Virus record (IMG/VR): IMGVR_UViG_3300030380_005901
Location: 32,001-96,000 of that record
Length of the DNA: 64,000 nucleotides
DNA from: a virus
Strand: one strand, 5' to 3'
The notes under the pieces were generated by a model. It saw only the letters and a program-made list of their open reading frames with translations, was not told the origin of the DNA and ran no database searches. This document shows positions 1 to 9,416 of this stretch, piece by piece. Position 1 is the first letter of the stretch. Every line of letters starts with the position of its first letter. A program made the position numbers and the translations under genes.

Positions 1-2
1 AT

Positions 3-224
3 AAAGTATCTAATGAAATAGTATATTCCTACACATTCGTTCAAAAAACAAATAAGAAAAACGTTGACTTTTGTACGTTAAGAGAAGAACTTACACAATC
101 TTTAGGTTTCTTTAAAGATACTTATTCTTTCTCCAACAGTGTATTCAGTCAAATTAAAACAGAAGAAGTGTTAGAGTATACAGAGTTAGACAAAGCAATA
201 ATTAAAAAACATTATAGTAATTAA
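3..224 (+). CDS. DUF2927-like protein, 3' part (truncated by window start)
   Basis: Frame 3 open from the edge to TAA 222-224, translated by hand: ...TLREELTQSLGFFKDTYSFSNSVF...DKAIIKKHYSN. The REELTQSLG zincin-like motif is typical of DUF2927. Confidence 0.6.
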   Translation, partial: KVSNEIVYSYTFVQKTNKKNVDFCTLREELTQSLGFFKDTYSFSNSVFSQIKTEEVLEYTELDKAIIKKHYSN

Positions 225-1903
225 TCCTTTTTAAATTCTATTTTATTTAAATCTATCATGTTTAAATAAGATGGATCCACTCTGGTGTTATCTTGATCTC
301 GATAAATTTTATCTTTTTCCATGTCGATAAAATCTTCAATAGATTTAGGATCTTCATTATAATGTTCTCTATAATATTTATCTATTTCTTCACCAGTTAA
401 TATTTTACACTGTGGACAAGTATCTTCACCATCTATAATAAAATCTTCTGTTTGTACGGCATCCGCTATCATTTTTTCTCCCTTAACAATTCTAAATACG
501 TCCATATATAATCTATATTTCCATGGTAATGATTTTATTACAGTATCTGACATTAAGTTAGGTAAAGAAAAAGATAAAGTTTTATTTTTACCATAAGATT
601 TTTCAGTTTGTCCTCCAGTACTGACTGCACCATTTGACTTTTTAAATTCTATTTCTTCTTTAGAGTTACCCAACTTTCTATATAATCTAAACCCTATTTT
701 AGATTCCTTATCACCCATATTAACAATTAAATTGTCACCATTAATTTTTACTGAACCTAATGGTGGAACTTGAGTTGTAATTGGGTCTACTTCATCTTCC
801 TCTGGTGGTTCTGGTATCACCAATTCACCTCCAACATATTTTTTACACCATTGGCGAGTTAAATCGAATCCTTTTAGAGAAGTGTCAGTTACTTTTACAC
901 CTAATTTGTAAGTGGCACTATCCGTACTCTGATTATTCCAACCTCCAGAACATAACATCTCAGGTAAGTTACTACCACTTTCTTTAAGTGCTTTAATACC
1001 TAATGCATAATTACCAGTCGCTTTATTACAGTCACTACTACTATGTCCTTTACAATATGTAAAATGTACAGTATCACCTGCACCAAACGGATACCATCCG
1101 TAAACTGGACCAATAAATACAAAAAACGTCCAAACTTGATTTACTCTTTTGGAAGAATCCTCAAAATGAAAAGGGTTTGAAGGTTGTTTACTAGATGCTA
1201 TATCCTGTCCAGTTTTACTTTTTGGTAAATCTATTGCAAAACCTTCTTGATGATTACTCTTCCCTACTGGTGCAGTTGATCCGTCTACGTAATCAACCAT
1301 TATTTGTTGGTGTATTGAATCCCTATAAGTAGATTCATAACCAAAACCACCAATAGCATCTCCGATTGCAGCTAAACTAGGTTGTGCACTGTTATTAACA
1401 TAATTATTATTTTCATAAGGATGATCACCACTCCCACTTTGATGGGTAAATATATGGTTATTTTCAGGTGTTACTCTAACTATCTCTGTTGCATTAAAAA
1501 ATTCTTTAGACTTATTCCAAATTCCTTTATCTTTTATAGATTCTTTATTTATATATTTATCATACCACTTAGCTGCTTGTCTTTTCCATGCATTACCTTT
1601 TAACCCCCTACCCTTATTTTTAGATCCATATTTTAATTTTTGTACAAATATTACAGGTATACCATCTGAGGTATTTTTTACTTCTTCCATTGAGGCAGGA
1701 TAAACATATTTTGCTCTATGGTCGGGTCCTGAACTATTAGAGTACGTACCATAAGGTGCCATAGTTTCACTATATTTTTTACACCCCTGATTGTTAAGAT
1801 TTCCACCACAAAAAGAAGGAATTGTCACTATCGCAGGCAGTTGCAATTCTTTTGATTCATTAATAATTAATTTTAATTGTTCTTCGGTGATTAATACTTT
1901 CAT
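221..1903 (-). CDS. Putative virion-associated M15/VanY-like peptidoglycan peptidase with head-protein-type leader
   Basis: STYRD..Q, SNHQEGFAIDL (SxHxxGxAxD) and YGW..D..HF motifs; leader MKVLITEEQLKLIINE; TATTTAT motif upstream. Confidence 0.65.
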   Translation of the reverse strand: MKVLITEEQLKLIINESKELQLPAIVTIPSFCGGNLNNQGCKKYSETMAPYGTYSNSSGPDHRAKYVYPASMEEVKNTSDGIPVIFVQKLKYGSKNKGRGLKGNAWKRQAAKWYDKYINKESIKDKGIWNKSKEFFNATEIVRVTPENNHIFTHQSGSGDHPYENNNYVNNSAQPSLAAIGDAIGGFGYESTYRDSIHQQIMVDYVDGSTAPVGKSNHQEGFAIDLPKSKTGQDIASSKQPSNPFHFEDSSKRVNQVWTFFVFIGPVYGWYPFGAGDTVHFTYCKGHSSSDCNKATGNYALGIKALKESGSNLPEMLCSGGWNNQSTDSATYKLGVKVTDTSLKGFDLTRQWCKKYVGGELVIPEPPEEDEVDPITTQVPPLGSVKINGDNLIVNMGDKESKIGFRLYRKLGNSKEEIEFKKSNGAVSTGGQTEKSYGKNKTLSFSLPNLMSDTVIKSLPWKYRLYMDVFRIVKGEKMIADAVQTEDFIIDGEDTCPQCKILTGEEIDKYYREHYNEDPKSIEDFIDMEKDKIYRDQDNTRVDPSYLNMIDLNKIEFKKD

Positions 1904-1917
1904 TATAGTTTTTTACT

Positions 1918-1924
1918 ATAAATA
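1918..1924 (-). promoter_or_regulatory. Example of the recurrent phage promoter motif TA(T/C)TTAT (putative late promoter)
   Basis: TATTTAT on the coding strand shortly before the ATG; also before genes starting at 8336, 16387, 19363, 25389, 31970, 41495, 46494 and others. Confidence 0.6.
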
Positions 1925-1943
1925 TAAGAAAAATATAAAAAAC

Positions 1944-2219
1944 TTAATCTTCTTGAGTCATAATTCTAGTGAGAATCTCAACGTAGTATGGGTGATATTT
2001 ATCTTTCATTAATATTAAATCTAATAAATCATCCACTTGTTCCCCCAAAGGTCTATTATCACCAATGAATATAACTTCACCAATAGATGCATAAGGATGG
2101 TAATCATTTTCACCCGTCTTTAATATCCACAAGTCTCCTCGTTTGTAATAGTAAACATTTTCTAAATCATTCATCATAAAAATCGTTTTCGATTGGGAAT
2201 TCATCATCGATATAATCAT
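1944..2219 (-). CDS. Hypothetical protein (start may be 2177)
   Basis: ORF in a co-directional block. Confidence 0.5.
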   Translation of the reverse strand: MIISMMNSQSKTIFMMNDLENVYYYKRGDLWILKTGENDYHPYASIGEVIFIGDNRPLGEQVDDLLDLILMKDKYHPYYVEILTRIMTQED

Positions 2220-2349
2220 CCATTAATCTTTTGATTTCTATTTTATTATCTTCATAGAATTCTTTTTCTTCATTAGTTTCTAATTCCTCACCAGTCACTA
2301 ATTTAATTGCTAAAAATCTTATATTTTCAAATGAATTTTCCATACTCAC
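2167..2349 (-). CDS. Small acidic hypothetical protein
   Basis: ORF with a TACTTAT motif upstream. Confidence 0.55.
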   Translation of the reverse strand: MSMENSFENIRFLAIKLVTGEELETNEEKEFYEDNKIEIKRLMDDYIDDEFPIENDFYDE

Positions 2350-2389
2350 TTATAAGTAGTTTTGATACTACCTATAAGTGGTGATGGAT

Positions 2390-2405
2390 TGTAAAAGTTG
2401 TGTAA
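2390..2405. promoter_or_regulatory. PhoB/OmpR-type direct repeat TGTAA-N6-TGTAA
   Basis: tgtaa aagttg tgtaa; nearly identical to the site at 16430-16445. Confidence 0.55.
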
Positions 2406-2744
2406 TTAAGATATAAGAGATCTTAATTTAGTGAGGATATCCCCAAAAATTCTTTTAAAAGTAGATTGTACTTTACCCAAAACTTCTTCTTTAGTTTCTT
2501 TGTGATTACTACTTTGTTGTAGTAACTTTTTTTGGATATCTTCTAAGATAGTTTCCATAACATCTAAAAACATTTCTTCTTGTTCTTTAATGTATTGATC
2601 AATCTCTTCCTTACTAATTATATTATCTGAATTACTGTTATTTTGTAATATTTTTTCAGCATTTGCTTTTAACTCAGATGTGTACTTATACACTAACTCC
2701 TCAACATTTTTGTTAAGAGAGTCAAATAATTCTTCTTTAGTCAT
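2406..2744 (-). CDS. Hypothetical helical protein
   Basis: 112-aa ORF, TATTTAT upstream. Confidence 0.6.
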   Translation of the reverse strand: MTKEELFDSLNKNVEELVYKYTSELKANAEKILQNNSNSDNIISKEEIDQYIKEQEEMFLDVMETILEDIQKKLLQQSSNHKETKEEVLGKVQSTFKRIFGDILTKLRSLIS

Positions 2745-2807
2745 AATTTAAGTTTTTATAAAGTTGTTATTATATATAAATACTTAAAAAAACTATTAAT
2801 TATTCAT

Positions 2808-3269
2808 TTATTTGTCAATTATTTGTAATTTACCTTTAGAGTCCTTATCGGATATGGTTAGAGTCCCCAATGTACCTACATGTGACATTATAACGTCACT
2901 AAGAGAAGGTATGTCACTCCAAATGATACTATGTTCAGATTCAGGATTATATTCACCCTCAACCGCATATGTGAAAATGGTATTATCTTCTAATGTAAGA
3001 TAACCGTGTGCATAATTATTCGATACATGTAAGGGTTCGGAATATTTATCTAATAAATAAAATTCCAACCTGTCTGTTTTTAAATCGTACAATATATCTA
3101 ATACTTTTCCTTCTATAATTTTAACTGTCTTAGATTGTGGTGGGTTTGTTTGATAATGTAACCCCCTAAAAGTAAATTTACGTTTATTAGTCACTACATT
3201 TACTTGATCACAATTATTTGCATCAAATAAAACAAAATCCCCTCTATGATCATTAAATTTCTTAATCAT
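2808..3269 (-). CDS. rmlC: dTDP-4-dehydrorhamnose 3,5-epimerase (RmlC cupin)
   Basis: FNDHRGDF, FRGLHYQ, YAHGYLTL, Y.PESE motifs. Confidence 0.85.
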   Translation of the reverse strand: MIKKFNDHRGDFVLFDANNCDQVNVVTNKRKFTFRGLHYQTNPPQSKTVKIIEGKVLDILYDLKTDRLEFYLLDKYSEPLHVSNNYAHGYLTLEDNTIFTYAVEGEYNPESEHSIIWSDIPSLSDVIMSHVGTLGTLTISDKDSKGKLQIIDK

Positions 3270-4348
3270 AATAAATGTGGTTTAGATTCTAACATACCAG
3301 AGTTGGTTATCTCTACCCATTCTGCATTTTTATTAAATTCTTTTATTGTCCTACATCCACTGTAAGATAATGCAGATTTTAACCCGTCATTAAGTTTTTC
3401 TACAATATAACTTACACTACCTTTAAATGGGATGGTGGTAGATTCACCTTCAATATGTTTAGTAGATTGATTATGTGCCGATTTAGTTTCCAAACTAGCA
3501 GAACCTCTGTATCTTTTATATAAAGAACCGTCTAATCTCTCTACGATATTACCGGGTGATTCTTTAGTACCCGCTAGTAATGAACCTAACATAACACATT
3601 CTGCACCTACTGCCAATGCTTTGGCAATATCTCCACTATTACGTATTCCACCATCTGCCATAACTGGAATATTTGACATCATAGTGTTTGTAGTAACACA
3701 ATTTATAATAGAAGTAATGTTAGGTATTCCATGTCCTGTTTGTACTCTTGTGGTACATAAACTTCCACCACCTATACCAACTCTAAAACCGTCTACACCC
3801 CATTCACATAAAGCTACTGCAGATTTTAATGTAGATATATTACCAGCAATAATGTCTATATGTTGTGGTATGATACTGAAAAGTTTTCCCAACATTAACT
3901 TAACATTTTTATGGTGACCATGTGCAACATCAATCAACAATACATTTGCACCACACTCAACTAATTTCGTTGCTCGTTTAATATCATCTTCACTTACACC
4001 AATCGCAGCCATAATAGGTATCTGTGGGATATTAGTATGCCAATCATCATCTATCTTCCACTTTTCCATCATACGATTATCATACATAAATTTTTTGACT
4101 TTTGTGACTTCGTTAGATTGTTCTTCAATTGTCATAAATCTATGTATACAACCAACCCCACCTAACTCCATCATTTTAATTGCCATTCTACTATCACATA
4201 CTGTGTCCATACAAGATGCCACATAAGGTGTTAATAATCCGTAATTTCTACTGAGTTTTGTTCTCAAATCTATGTGAGACCTACTTTCTATATCTGAGTA
4301 CTGAGGTACTAATAAAATATCATCATACGTTAACGCTTTCATATTCAT
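3266..4348 (-). CDS. guaB: IMP dehydrogenase / GMP reductase family, no CBS domains
   Basis: LTYDDILLVP, SCMDTV, IDVAHGH, GIGGGSLCTTR (catalytic Cys), ADGGI, YRGSAS. Start moved to 4348 because the longer call overlaps a DUF5522 ORF. Confidence 0.85.
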   Translation of the reverse strand: MNMKALTYDDILLVPQYSDIESRSHIDLRTKLSRNYGLLTPYVASCMDTVCDSRMAIKMMELGGVGCIHRFMTIEEQSNEVTKVKKFMYDNRMMEKWKIDDDWHTNIPQIPIMAAIGVSEDDIKRATKLVECGANVLLIDVAHGHHKNVKLMLGKLFSIIPQHIDIIAGNISTLKSAVALCEWGVDGFRVGIGGGSLCTTRVQTGHGIPNITSIINCVTTNTMMSNIPVMADGGIRNSGDIAKALAVGAECVMLGSLLAGTKESPGNIVERLDGSLYKRYRGSASLETKSAHNQSTKHIEGESTTIPFKGSVSYIVEKLNDGLKSALSYSGCRTIKEFNKNAEWVEITNSGMLESKPHLL

Positions 4349-4352
4349 AAAA

Positions 4353-4517
4353 CTATTTTTTAATTTTTGTTGTCCCTTTTTTATATTGTGGTTCATAAGG
4401 ACAATTTAAACAATGTGATCCACAACAAAACTTTCTTTTTTTTAAATAGTGTTCGGTAAAAATCATAAAACCATTTTCATCGTAACTATAATCTTTACTT
4501 TTAACTAACCTCCCCAC
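4353..4517 (-). CDS. DUF5522-like small Cys-rich protein (not in ORF track)
   Basis: GTG start overlapping the upstream TAG; MGRLVKSKDYSYDENGFMIFTEHYLKKRKFCCGSHCLNCPYEPQYKKGTTKIKK. Confidence 0.75.
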   Translation of the reverse strand: MGRLVKSKDYSYDENGFMIFTEHYLKKRKFCCGSHCLNCPYEPQYKKGTTKIKK

Positions 4518-4939
4518 TAATATTTTGTATATTTAAATGGTAATTGGTATTTTGTAAACTCATGTGGTAAACCATAATTATAATTACCAAAACATATATC
4601 ATATTTTTCTATCCATTTTAATTTTAATAAATCTAAAACAGTAGTTATTTCACTAGGTTTGATATTTTCACTAATTAAAAAGTTTGTTATTCTTCTTGTT
4701 GCATTTATACCATTGAATATTGTACATTTATTGTAACTACCACATCTATAAGGGGTATGGTTATCTTTGTCATCAAATTTAAAAACAAACCATATAAATT
4801 CTTCTCTATCACTATTTATTTGCATCGTCACCTCTGTACCATCAACAATACGATCAACTAAGTATTCGTAATATTTTTGACTGGCAACTTCTAATTTAGT
4901 AAGAGATTTATCTTCCCTGACCTCTGTATTTTTTAACAT
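4517..4939 (-). CDS. Hypothetical protein
   Basis: 140-aa ORF; YLVDRIVDGT resembles the repeated domain of 13118..14713. Confidence 0.55.
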   Translation of the reverse strand: MLKNTEVREDKSLTKLEVASQKYYEYLVDRIVDGTEVTMQINSDREEFIWFVFKFDDKDNHTPYRCGSYNKCTIFNGINATRRITNFLISENIKPSEITTVLDLLKLKWIEKYDICFGNYNYGLPHEFTKYQLPFKYTKY

Positions 4940-5039
4940 AATTCTTTGCGTTTTTACTTCTAGATGTTTTACTCTTTGCGTGTATACCCTTTCTTTTTTT
5001 CTTAATTACGTCTAATTTATTTGTACTTTTTACTGCCAT
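4908..5039 (-). CDS. Small basic peptide ending YRGQGR (not in ORF track)
   Basis: MAVKSTNKLDVIKKKRKGIHAKSKTSRSKNAKNYVKKYRGQGR; starts 5 nt after the yqeY stop. Confidence 0.7.
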   Translation of the reverse strand: MAVKSTNKLDVIKKKRKGIHAKSKTSRSKNAKNYVKKYRGQGR

Positions 5040-5044
5040 TGTTT

Positions 5045-5446
5045 TTATTTTAATATATTTTTAACTATTTGTGATACAACTTTATTATCTGCTCTACCAC
5101 CATACTCTTTATTGAATTGTCCCATAAGTTTTCCCATATCTTTCATATCACAAAAATTGTGGGTTACGATTAACATTTTAATAATATCTTCTATTTCTGG
5201 TTCACTCATCAACTGAGGTAAAAATGGTTGTAACATTTCTATTTCAGATTTAGATTTTTCATCACCAACAGTTTCTAAGTTCTTTACAAATTTTTGTATT
5301 ACTTTGATTGTTTCTTGTTCTGTTAGTTCTTTCTTACCGTCTTCTAATCTAGATATTTCCCCTTTTAAAACTCTAAAAAGATTTAATTTATCTTTATCAC
5401 CGTTTTTCATTGATGATTTAATTATGTCGTTTATTTTATTTTTCAT
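5045..5446 (-). CDS. GatB/YqeY domain protein
   Basis: SMKNGDK..L..LKGEI, E...L..FLPQLMSE, KDMGKLM, GRAD. Confidence 0.85.
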   Translation of the reverse strand: MKNKINDIIKSSMKNGDKDKLNLFRVLKGEISRLEDGKKELTEQETIKVIQKFVKNLETVGDEKSKSEIEMLQPFLPQLMSEPEIEDIIKMLIVTHNFCDMKDMGKLMGQFNKEYGGRADNKVVSQIVKNILK

Positions 5447-5487
5447 ATCTATATAATAGTAATCATAATTTTTTAAAAAAACAACTT

Positions 5488-6057
5488 TTATATGTTTTTT
5501 TTATATTTTTCATAATAATTTTTAACAAACATATTTTTTTCTTTTTCTTTTATATCATTACAATAAATCCAAGCGTAAGTCTTTTTCATATTTTCAATAG
5601 ATAATTTCTTTTCTTCTATTATTGAATTTACCATCTCTATTTCCTCATTAAACTCATCACCTAAATCCATACCTAATTTCATTGCGTTTAACAATAGAGG
5701 TGCGTAATTTTCATTTTGATACCCCTCAACAGTTTCCTCATAAACTTCTTTAAAAACTTCCTTATCTTTTTCTTCTATGTTTTTTTCTAATTTATCTGGA
5801 TGTGTATTACTAACTATTTTTCTAAATAATTTTTTATATTTAGTAGGTGCGTCACTAGGTTTTAATTCTGTTTCTTTTTGTTTTGTAGGTTTTTTATTTA
5901 TGGGTGATTTTTTTTCTAAACCATTATCTCTCATAAAATGATGAATATCATTGGTAAATTCAGTCTGAAAATCTATTAATAAATCTTTAGTGTCCTCTTC
6001 TTGTTTCTTAAGGAATTCGAACTCATTTAATAATAACTTAAATTTTTTTTTCATCAT
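5488..6057 (-). CDS. J-domain-like (HPD motif) protein
   Basis: KKLFRKIVSNTHPDK. Confidence 0.65.
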   Translation of the reverse strand: MMKKKFKLLLNEFEFLKKQEEDTKDLLIDFQTEFTNDIHHFMRDNGLEKKSPINKKPTKQKETELKPSDAPTKYKKLFRKIVSNTHPDKLEKNIEEKDKEVFKEVYEETVEGYQNENYAPLLLNAMKLGMDLGDEFNEEIEMVNSIIEEKKLSIENMKKTYAWIYCNDIKEKEKNMFVKNYYEKYKKNI

Positions 6058-6767
6058 TATTTTAATTTATAATCTATCTTATATGTTGGGTATTCTGTGT
6101 TCCATAAATCAATAGACTCAGTAAAATCTTCTATATTTTCTGAAGATAAAGATAACCAAAAACCGTTATCTCTATCCTTTTTTAGAGAGTTTTTACTAAT
6201 TTTATAAGGTGGGGTTTTAAATATGTTTGTTAACTTATAATCTACTTCTATATAATTACCCCATTTATTTATACATGTTAATAAAAGTGACCCCCACATA
6301 ATTTTGAAGTCTTCTACTCTCATTTTCTTTACGATTATTTCGTGTTCTCCACCATAAACATCCTTTAAGGTAGTTACCCTATGATACCCATCTATTAATG
6401 AATTATTTTTATTTATAATTGGGGGTTCATATTTTCCACTTTCATCATATTTTCCCTTAATAATATTATCTTTCACTTTTAATTGTTCCTCAGTCCAACT
6501 AAGATTTTTTACACCTAAATTTATTTTTTCATAAGGTATATCATCATCACCTAAAAATTTTTTAATAACTTCTTTAGAAAAAAAATTATTAAAAAATTGA
6601 TAATCGGTAGTAATATCTTTTAATTTTATAGTAATAGGTTTTTGGTAAGAGTCATCTAAATAAAGTGTAAAATATAAAATAAGTAACCTATTTTTTAAAG
6701 AAGGATCTATTTTTCTATAAAAAATAAAAAATAATAATAATCCTATTGAATATAAAAACCTTTTCAT
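6057..6767 (-). CDS. ParB/Srx-like domain protein with N-terminal hydrophobic segment
   Basis: PPIIN....LIDGYHRV. Confidence 0.6.
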   Translation of the reverse strand: MKRFLYSIGLLLFFIFYRKIDPSLKNRLLILYFTLYLDDSYQKPITIKLKDITTDYQFFNNFFSKEVIKKFLGDDDIPYEKINLGVKNLSWTEEQLKVKDNIIKGKYDESGKYEPPIINKNNSLIDGYHRVTTLKDVYGGEHEIIVKKMRVEDFKIMWGSLLLTCINKWGNYIEVDYKLTNIFKTPPYKISKNSLKKDRDNGFWLSLSSENIEDFTESIDLWNTEYPTYKIDYKLK

Positions 6768-6781
6768 CTATATATAAGTAT

Positions 6782-6871
6782 TTATAATTCCCAAATGGAA
6801 TTTCTTTTTTTACGATTTGGTTTTTTATATGACCACCATAATAATATCTTACCTATCAGCCTCTTCATCAT
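6782..6871 (-). CDS. 29-aa basic peptide (not in ORF track)
   Basis: MMKRLIGKILLWWSYKKPNRKKRNSIWEL fills the gap in a tiled block. Confidence 0.4.
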   Translation of the reverse strand: MMKRLIGKILLWWSYKKPNRKKRNSIWEL

Positions 6872-7019
6872 TTTGTTCATATGCAGAAGGTGAAGGTAAT
6901 CCACTGTAATGACAATAATCTTTAGCGGGATAACTTTCTATAGTACTAAAACTATATTTTAATTTTTCTTTTTCTTTCTTTTTTGATTGGGGGGAATCTA
7001 CCCCAGTTTCCGTGTCCAT
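6849..7019 (-). CDS. Small protein with CHYSGLPSPSAY motif (not in ORF track)
   Basis: MDTETGVDSPQSKKKEKEKLKYSFSTIESYPAKDYCHYSGLPSPSAYEQNDEEADR. Confidence 0.55.
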   Translation of the reverse strand: MDTETGVDSPQSKKKEKEKLKYSFSTIESYPAKDYCHYSGLPSPSAYEQNDEEADR

Positions 7020-7143
7020 CATAATCTATTATATCATCTTTTAATGTTGGTTTTTCTTCTATTTCTTTCTTAGTAGTAAACATAAAGAATATAACATATG
7101 TTGAGAATATTATAAAACCAATAATAAAAATTAAGAATCCCAT
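6952..7143 (-). CDS. Small single-pass membrane protein
   Basis: Hydrophobic N-terminus; resembles 7131..7337. Confidence 0.6.
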   Translation of the reverse strand: MGFLIFIIGFIIFSTYVIFFMFTTKKEIEEKPTLKDDIIDYDGHGNWGRFPPIKKERKRKIKI

Positions 7144-7337
7144 TTCTCGTCCTCAATTTTTCTTACTTTGTATTTCTTTACAAACTCTTTAGTTGGGCCT
7201 AACTTTTCTCTTTTTTTATAGTTATACCTACCTTGTTCTCTTTCTTGTTGTTTATGAGCTCTATTTATCATCCTAACCAGAAAATACATATAAGTAACAA
7301 ATATTACTAAACCTATTGCAAATATTAAAATATCCAT
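7131..7337 (-). CDS. Small single-pass membrane protein
   Basis: MDILIFAIGLVIFVTYM followed by a basic tail. Confidence 0.6.
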   Translation of the reverse strand: MDILIFAIGLVIFVTYMYFLVRMINRAHKQQEREQGRYNYKKREKLGPTKEFVKKYKVRKIEDEKWDS

Positions 7338-7341
7338 AACT

Positions 7342-7506
7342 CTACTTTTTTAATGTGTTAAAGAAACAACCTAACCCTAAAATTGAAGGGACCCATATCC
7401 CAACAAACATACCTTCATCTTTATGCCCAATAAACCATAAGGTTACTGAGAATAAAAAACTAATAAACGCCAATAATATTGGGTAATACTTTTCTAATTT
7501 TTCCAT
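7342..7506 (-). CDS. Small two-helix membrane protein (not in ORF track)
   Basis: MEKLEKYYPILLAFISFLFSVTLWFIGHKDEGMFVGIWVPSILGLGCFFNTLKK. Confidence 0.7.
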   Translation of the reverse strand: MEKLEKYYPILLAFISFLFSVTLWFIGHKDEGMFVGIWVPSILGLGCFFNTLKK

Positions 7507-7549
7507 TTTTTTATTTTTTTTACTAATTTAATAATTTATTTTTTAATAG

Positions 7550-7744
7550 TCAAATTTTGTTTGATAATGATTTCAGATAATTATTATACTTAATAAATAA
7601 TGTTCTAGTTAATTCATCTGCACAACCAGTTTCTATTGCCTCTTTAGTTATTTTACGTCTAAGTTCCACAACCCTTTCCTCAATAAAATTTTGATGTTTT
7701 TTATATTTCAAATATTCTTTTAATAAATGTAATCTTCTTCTCAT
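7550..7744 (-). CDS. Hypothetical protein
   Basis: ORF in a tiled block. Confidence 0.5.
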   Translation of the reverse strand: MRRRLHLLKEYLKYKKHQNFIEERVVELRRKITKEAIETGCADELTRTLFIKYNNYLKSLSNKI

Positions 7745-7849
7745 TTAATTGGTTTTTTTATTATCAAACAAATCGTCCAAATGTGGAGGAACAATATCTA
7801 CAATGTGTTTTTTCCACCACTTTTTAATTTTTAATAATATTTTATTCAT
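7745..7849 (-). CDS. 34-aa peptide (not in ORF track)
   Basis: MNKILLKIKKWWKKHIVDIVPPHLDDLFDNKKTN; abuts both neighbours. Confidence 0.5.
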   Translation of the reverse strand: MNKILLKIKKWWKKHIVDIVPPHLDDLFDNKKTN

Positions 7850-8054
7850 CTTCTACCAATCTAAAATCAATATCATCTGTAGCCGGTTTGTCTCTTAATA
7901 AATCATAGTCTAAGTCCCATAACCATTCTGGTTCTTCTATTTCACCAGTTTCATCATTTTCCCAAGCTAAATATTCTTTTTCTTGTTCTTTGGTAATTTC
8001 AGCTTCATACCAAAGCCAATCTGTTTGTGTAACGAATTTTTCTATTTTAGGCAT
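7842..8054 (-). CDS. Small acidic hypothetical protein
   Basis: ORF. Confidence 0.6.
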   Translation of the reverse strand: MPKIEKFVTQTDWLWYEAEITKEQEKEYLAWENDETGEIEEPEWLWDLDYDLLRDKPATDDIDFRLVEDE

Positions 8055-8056
8055 AA

Positions 8057-8272
8057 TTACGATTTATTATTTTTTACAAAATCTTCAATAATTTTTGAGT
8101 CTATTTCATCAACCCCACCTTGAACTCTACCGACACATTCTTTAACATATTCTATTAATTTACTTTCAGTAAATCTATGTGTTACAAACTCATAATCATT
8201 ATGTGAAACAGGTGGTCTATACCCATATCCTTTTGATTGTCTTAATTCTTCTAACGTTCTTTGTTTAGTCAT
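8057..8272 (-). CDS. Hypothetical protein
   Basis: ORF behind a host-type promoter. Confidence 0.6.
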   Translation of the reverse strand: MTKQRTLEELRQSKGYGYRPPVSHNDYEFVTHRFTESKLIEYVKECVGRVQGGVDEIDSKIIEDFVKNNKS

Positions 8273-8289
8273 TTTATTTATATTTTATA

Positions 8290-8321
8290 CAAAGATAATT
8301 AATTTTTTTCATAAAATCAAC
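8290..8321 (-). promoter_or_regulatory. Bacteroidota sigma-A-type promoter
   Basis: GTTG-N20-TATCTTTG on the minus strand. Confidence 0.6.
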
Positions 8322-8335
8322 ATATTTATTGCCAA

Positions 8336-9328
8336 ATGAATACGTTTAAAGCCGGTAAAAAAATAAAATCTAAAAAATTCTTTGACGCTAAAACTAAAAT
8401 GATGTGTGAACATGCATGGGAATGGGCAAAAAAAGAAGGCGCGATGAATGTTGGTGAAGGTGATGCTCTTTGGAGAACAGGGTTGGCATATATTGCATGG
8501 AAAGAACCTTTAATGAAAGAAGGTATATTAGAATGTTATCGTCCGTTTGGTGAGAACTATCATTTCAAAAATAAAATGTATCAAGCATCAAGACACACAG
8601 GTAGATATGGTGAAGACGATGTTTCAAGAGATCAAACAATTATGTCTTTGGCAGCATTAAAAGTAAACGGAGATTTAGAAGAATTAGATGAAATTGCTAG
8701 TCATTTACCCTACAGACTTTCTAGAAGATTCGTAATGGGTCCCGGTATGTGGGCATGGGTAAAAACACTAACCTGTAACAAACATATTAAATTATATACC
8801 AACATCACATGTGGTTTAGGTTTGATAGAAAAATCTATTGCAATTGGATTAAATAAACTTATTGCACCAATATGTGGTTTTAAAAGAAATGTAATTAAAA
8901 ATAATGATTATACTTCTAGAGTTCATTATGATTTAAAAGAAAAATGGAATGGATTTCAAAAACAACTATCAAGAGCATATTATCCCGGTTTTGCATTTCA
9001 TTTGGCGTGTTGGGAAATTTTTACCCTACCAGAAGATTATAATCCATTATTAAGGAAACTTTATACTAAACTGATGTTAAGTTATTGTGAGAAAGAAAAC
9101 TACCTTTGTAGACTTTTATTGGGTGATAAAACAGTCACTTGGGAAGAAGTAGAAAATTATAACCCTAGAGAAGGTTTTAGGTGGCAAGCATATTTAGATG
9201 GTAGTTGGTCTAACTATAATGGAGAAAAATCACAAGAATGGAAAGATAAATATCTTAAATGGAATCAAATGGATAAAGATTGTCTTATTACTATTTGGTT
9301 GAAGGTGAGAAAAATAGATTCTATATAA
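8336..9328 (+). CDS. Hypothetical Trp-rich helical protein
   Basis: 330-aa ORF, TATTTAT upstream, terminator downstream. Confidence 0.7.
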   Translation: MNTFKAGKKIKSKKFFDAKTKMMCEHAWEWAKKEGAMNVGEGDALWRTGLAYIAWKEPLMKEGILECYRPFGENYHFKNKMYQASRHTGRYGEDDVSRDQTIMSLAALKVNGDLEELDEIASHLPYRLSRRFVMGPGMWAWVKTLTCNKHIKLYTNITCGLGLIEKSIAIGLNKLIAPICGFKRNVIKNNDYTSRVHYDLKEKWNGFQKQLSRAYYPGFAFHLACWEIFTLPEDYNPLLRKLYTKLMLSYCEKENYLCRLLLGDKTVTWEEVENYNPREGFRWQAYLDGSWSNYNGEKSQEWKDKYLKWNQMDKDCLITIWLKVRKIDSI

Positions 9329-9330
9329 AT

Positions 9331-9360
9331 AAAAAAAGGGAAACCGAAGTCTCCCTTTTT
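9331..9360. terminator. Bidirectional intrinsic terminator
   Basis: Minus strand GGGAGAC-TTCG-GTTTCCC-T7; T tract on plus strand too; lies between convergent genes. Confidence 0.8.
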
Positions 9361-9416
9361 ATTATAAAACTATGTATTATTACTTTTTAATTAAAGATTA
9401 TATAAAAATGTCCTTA

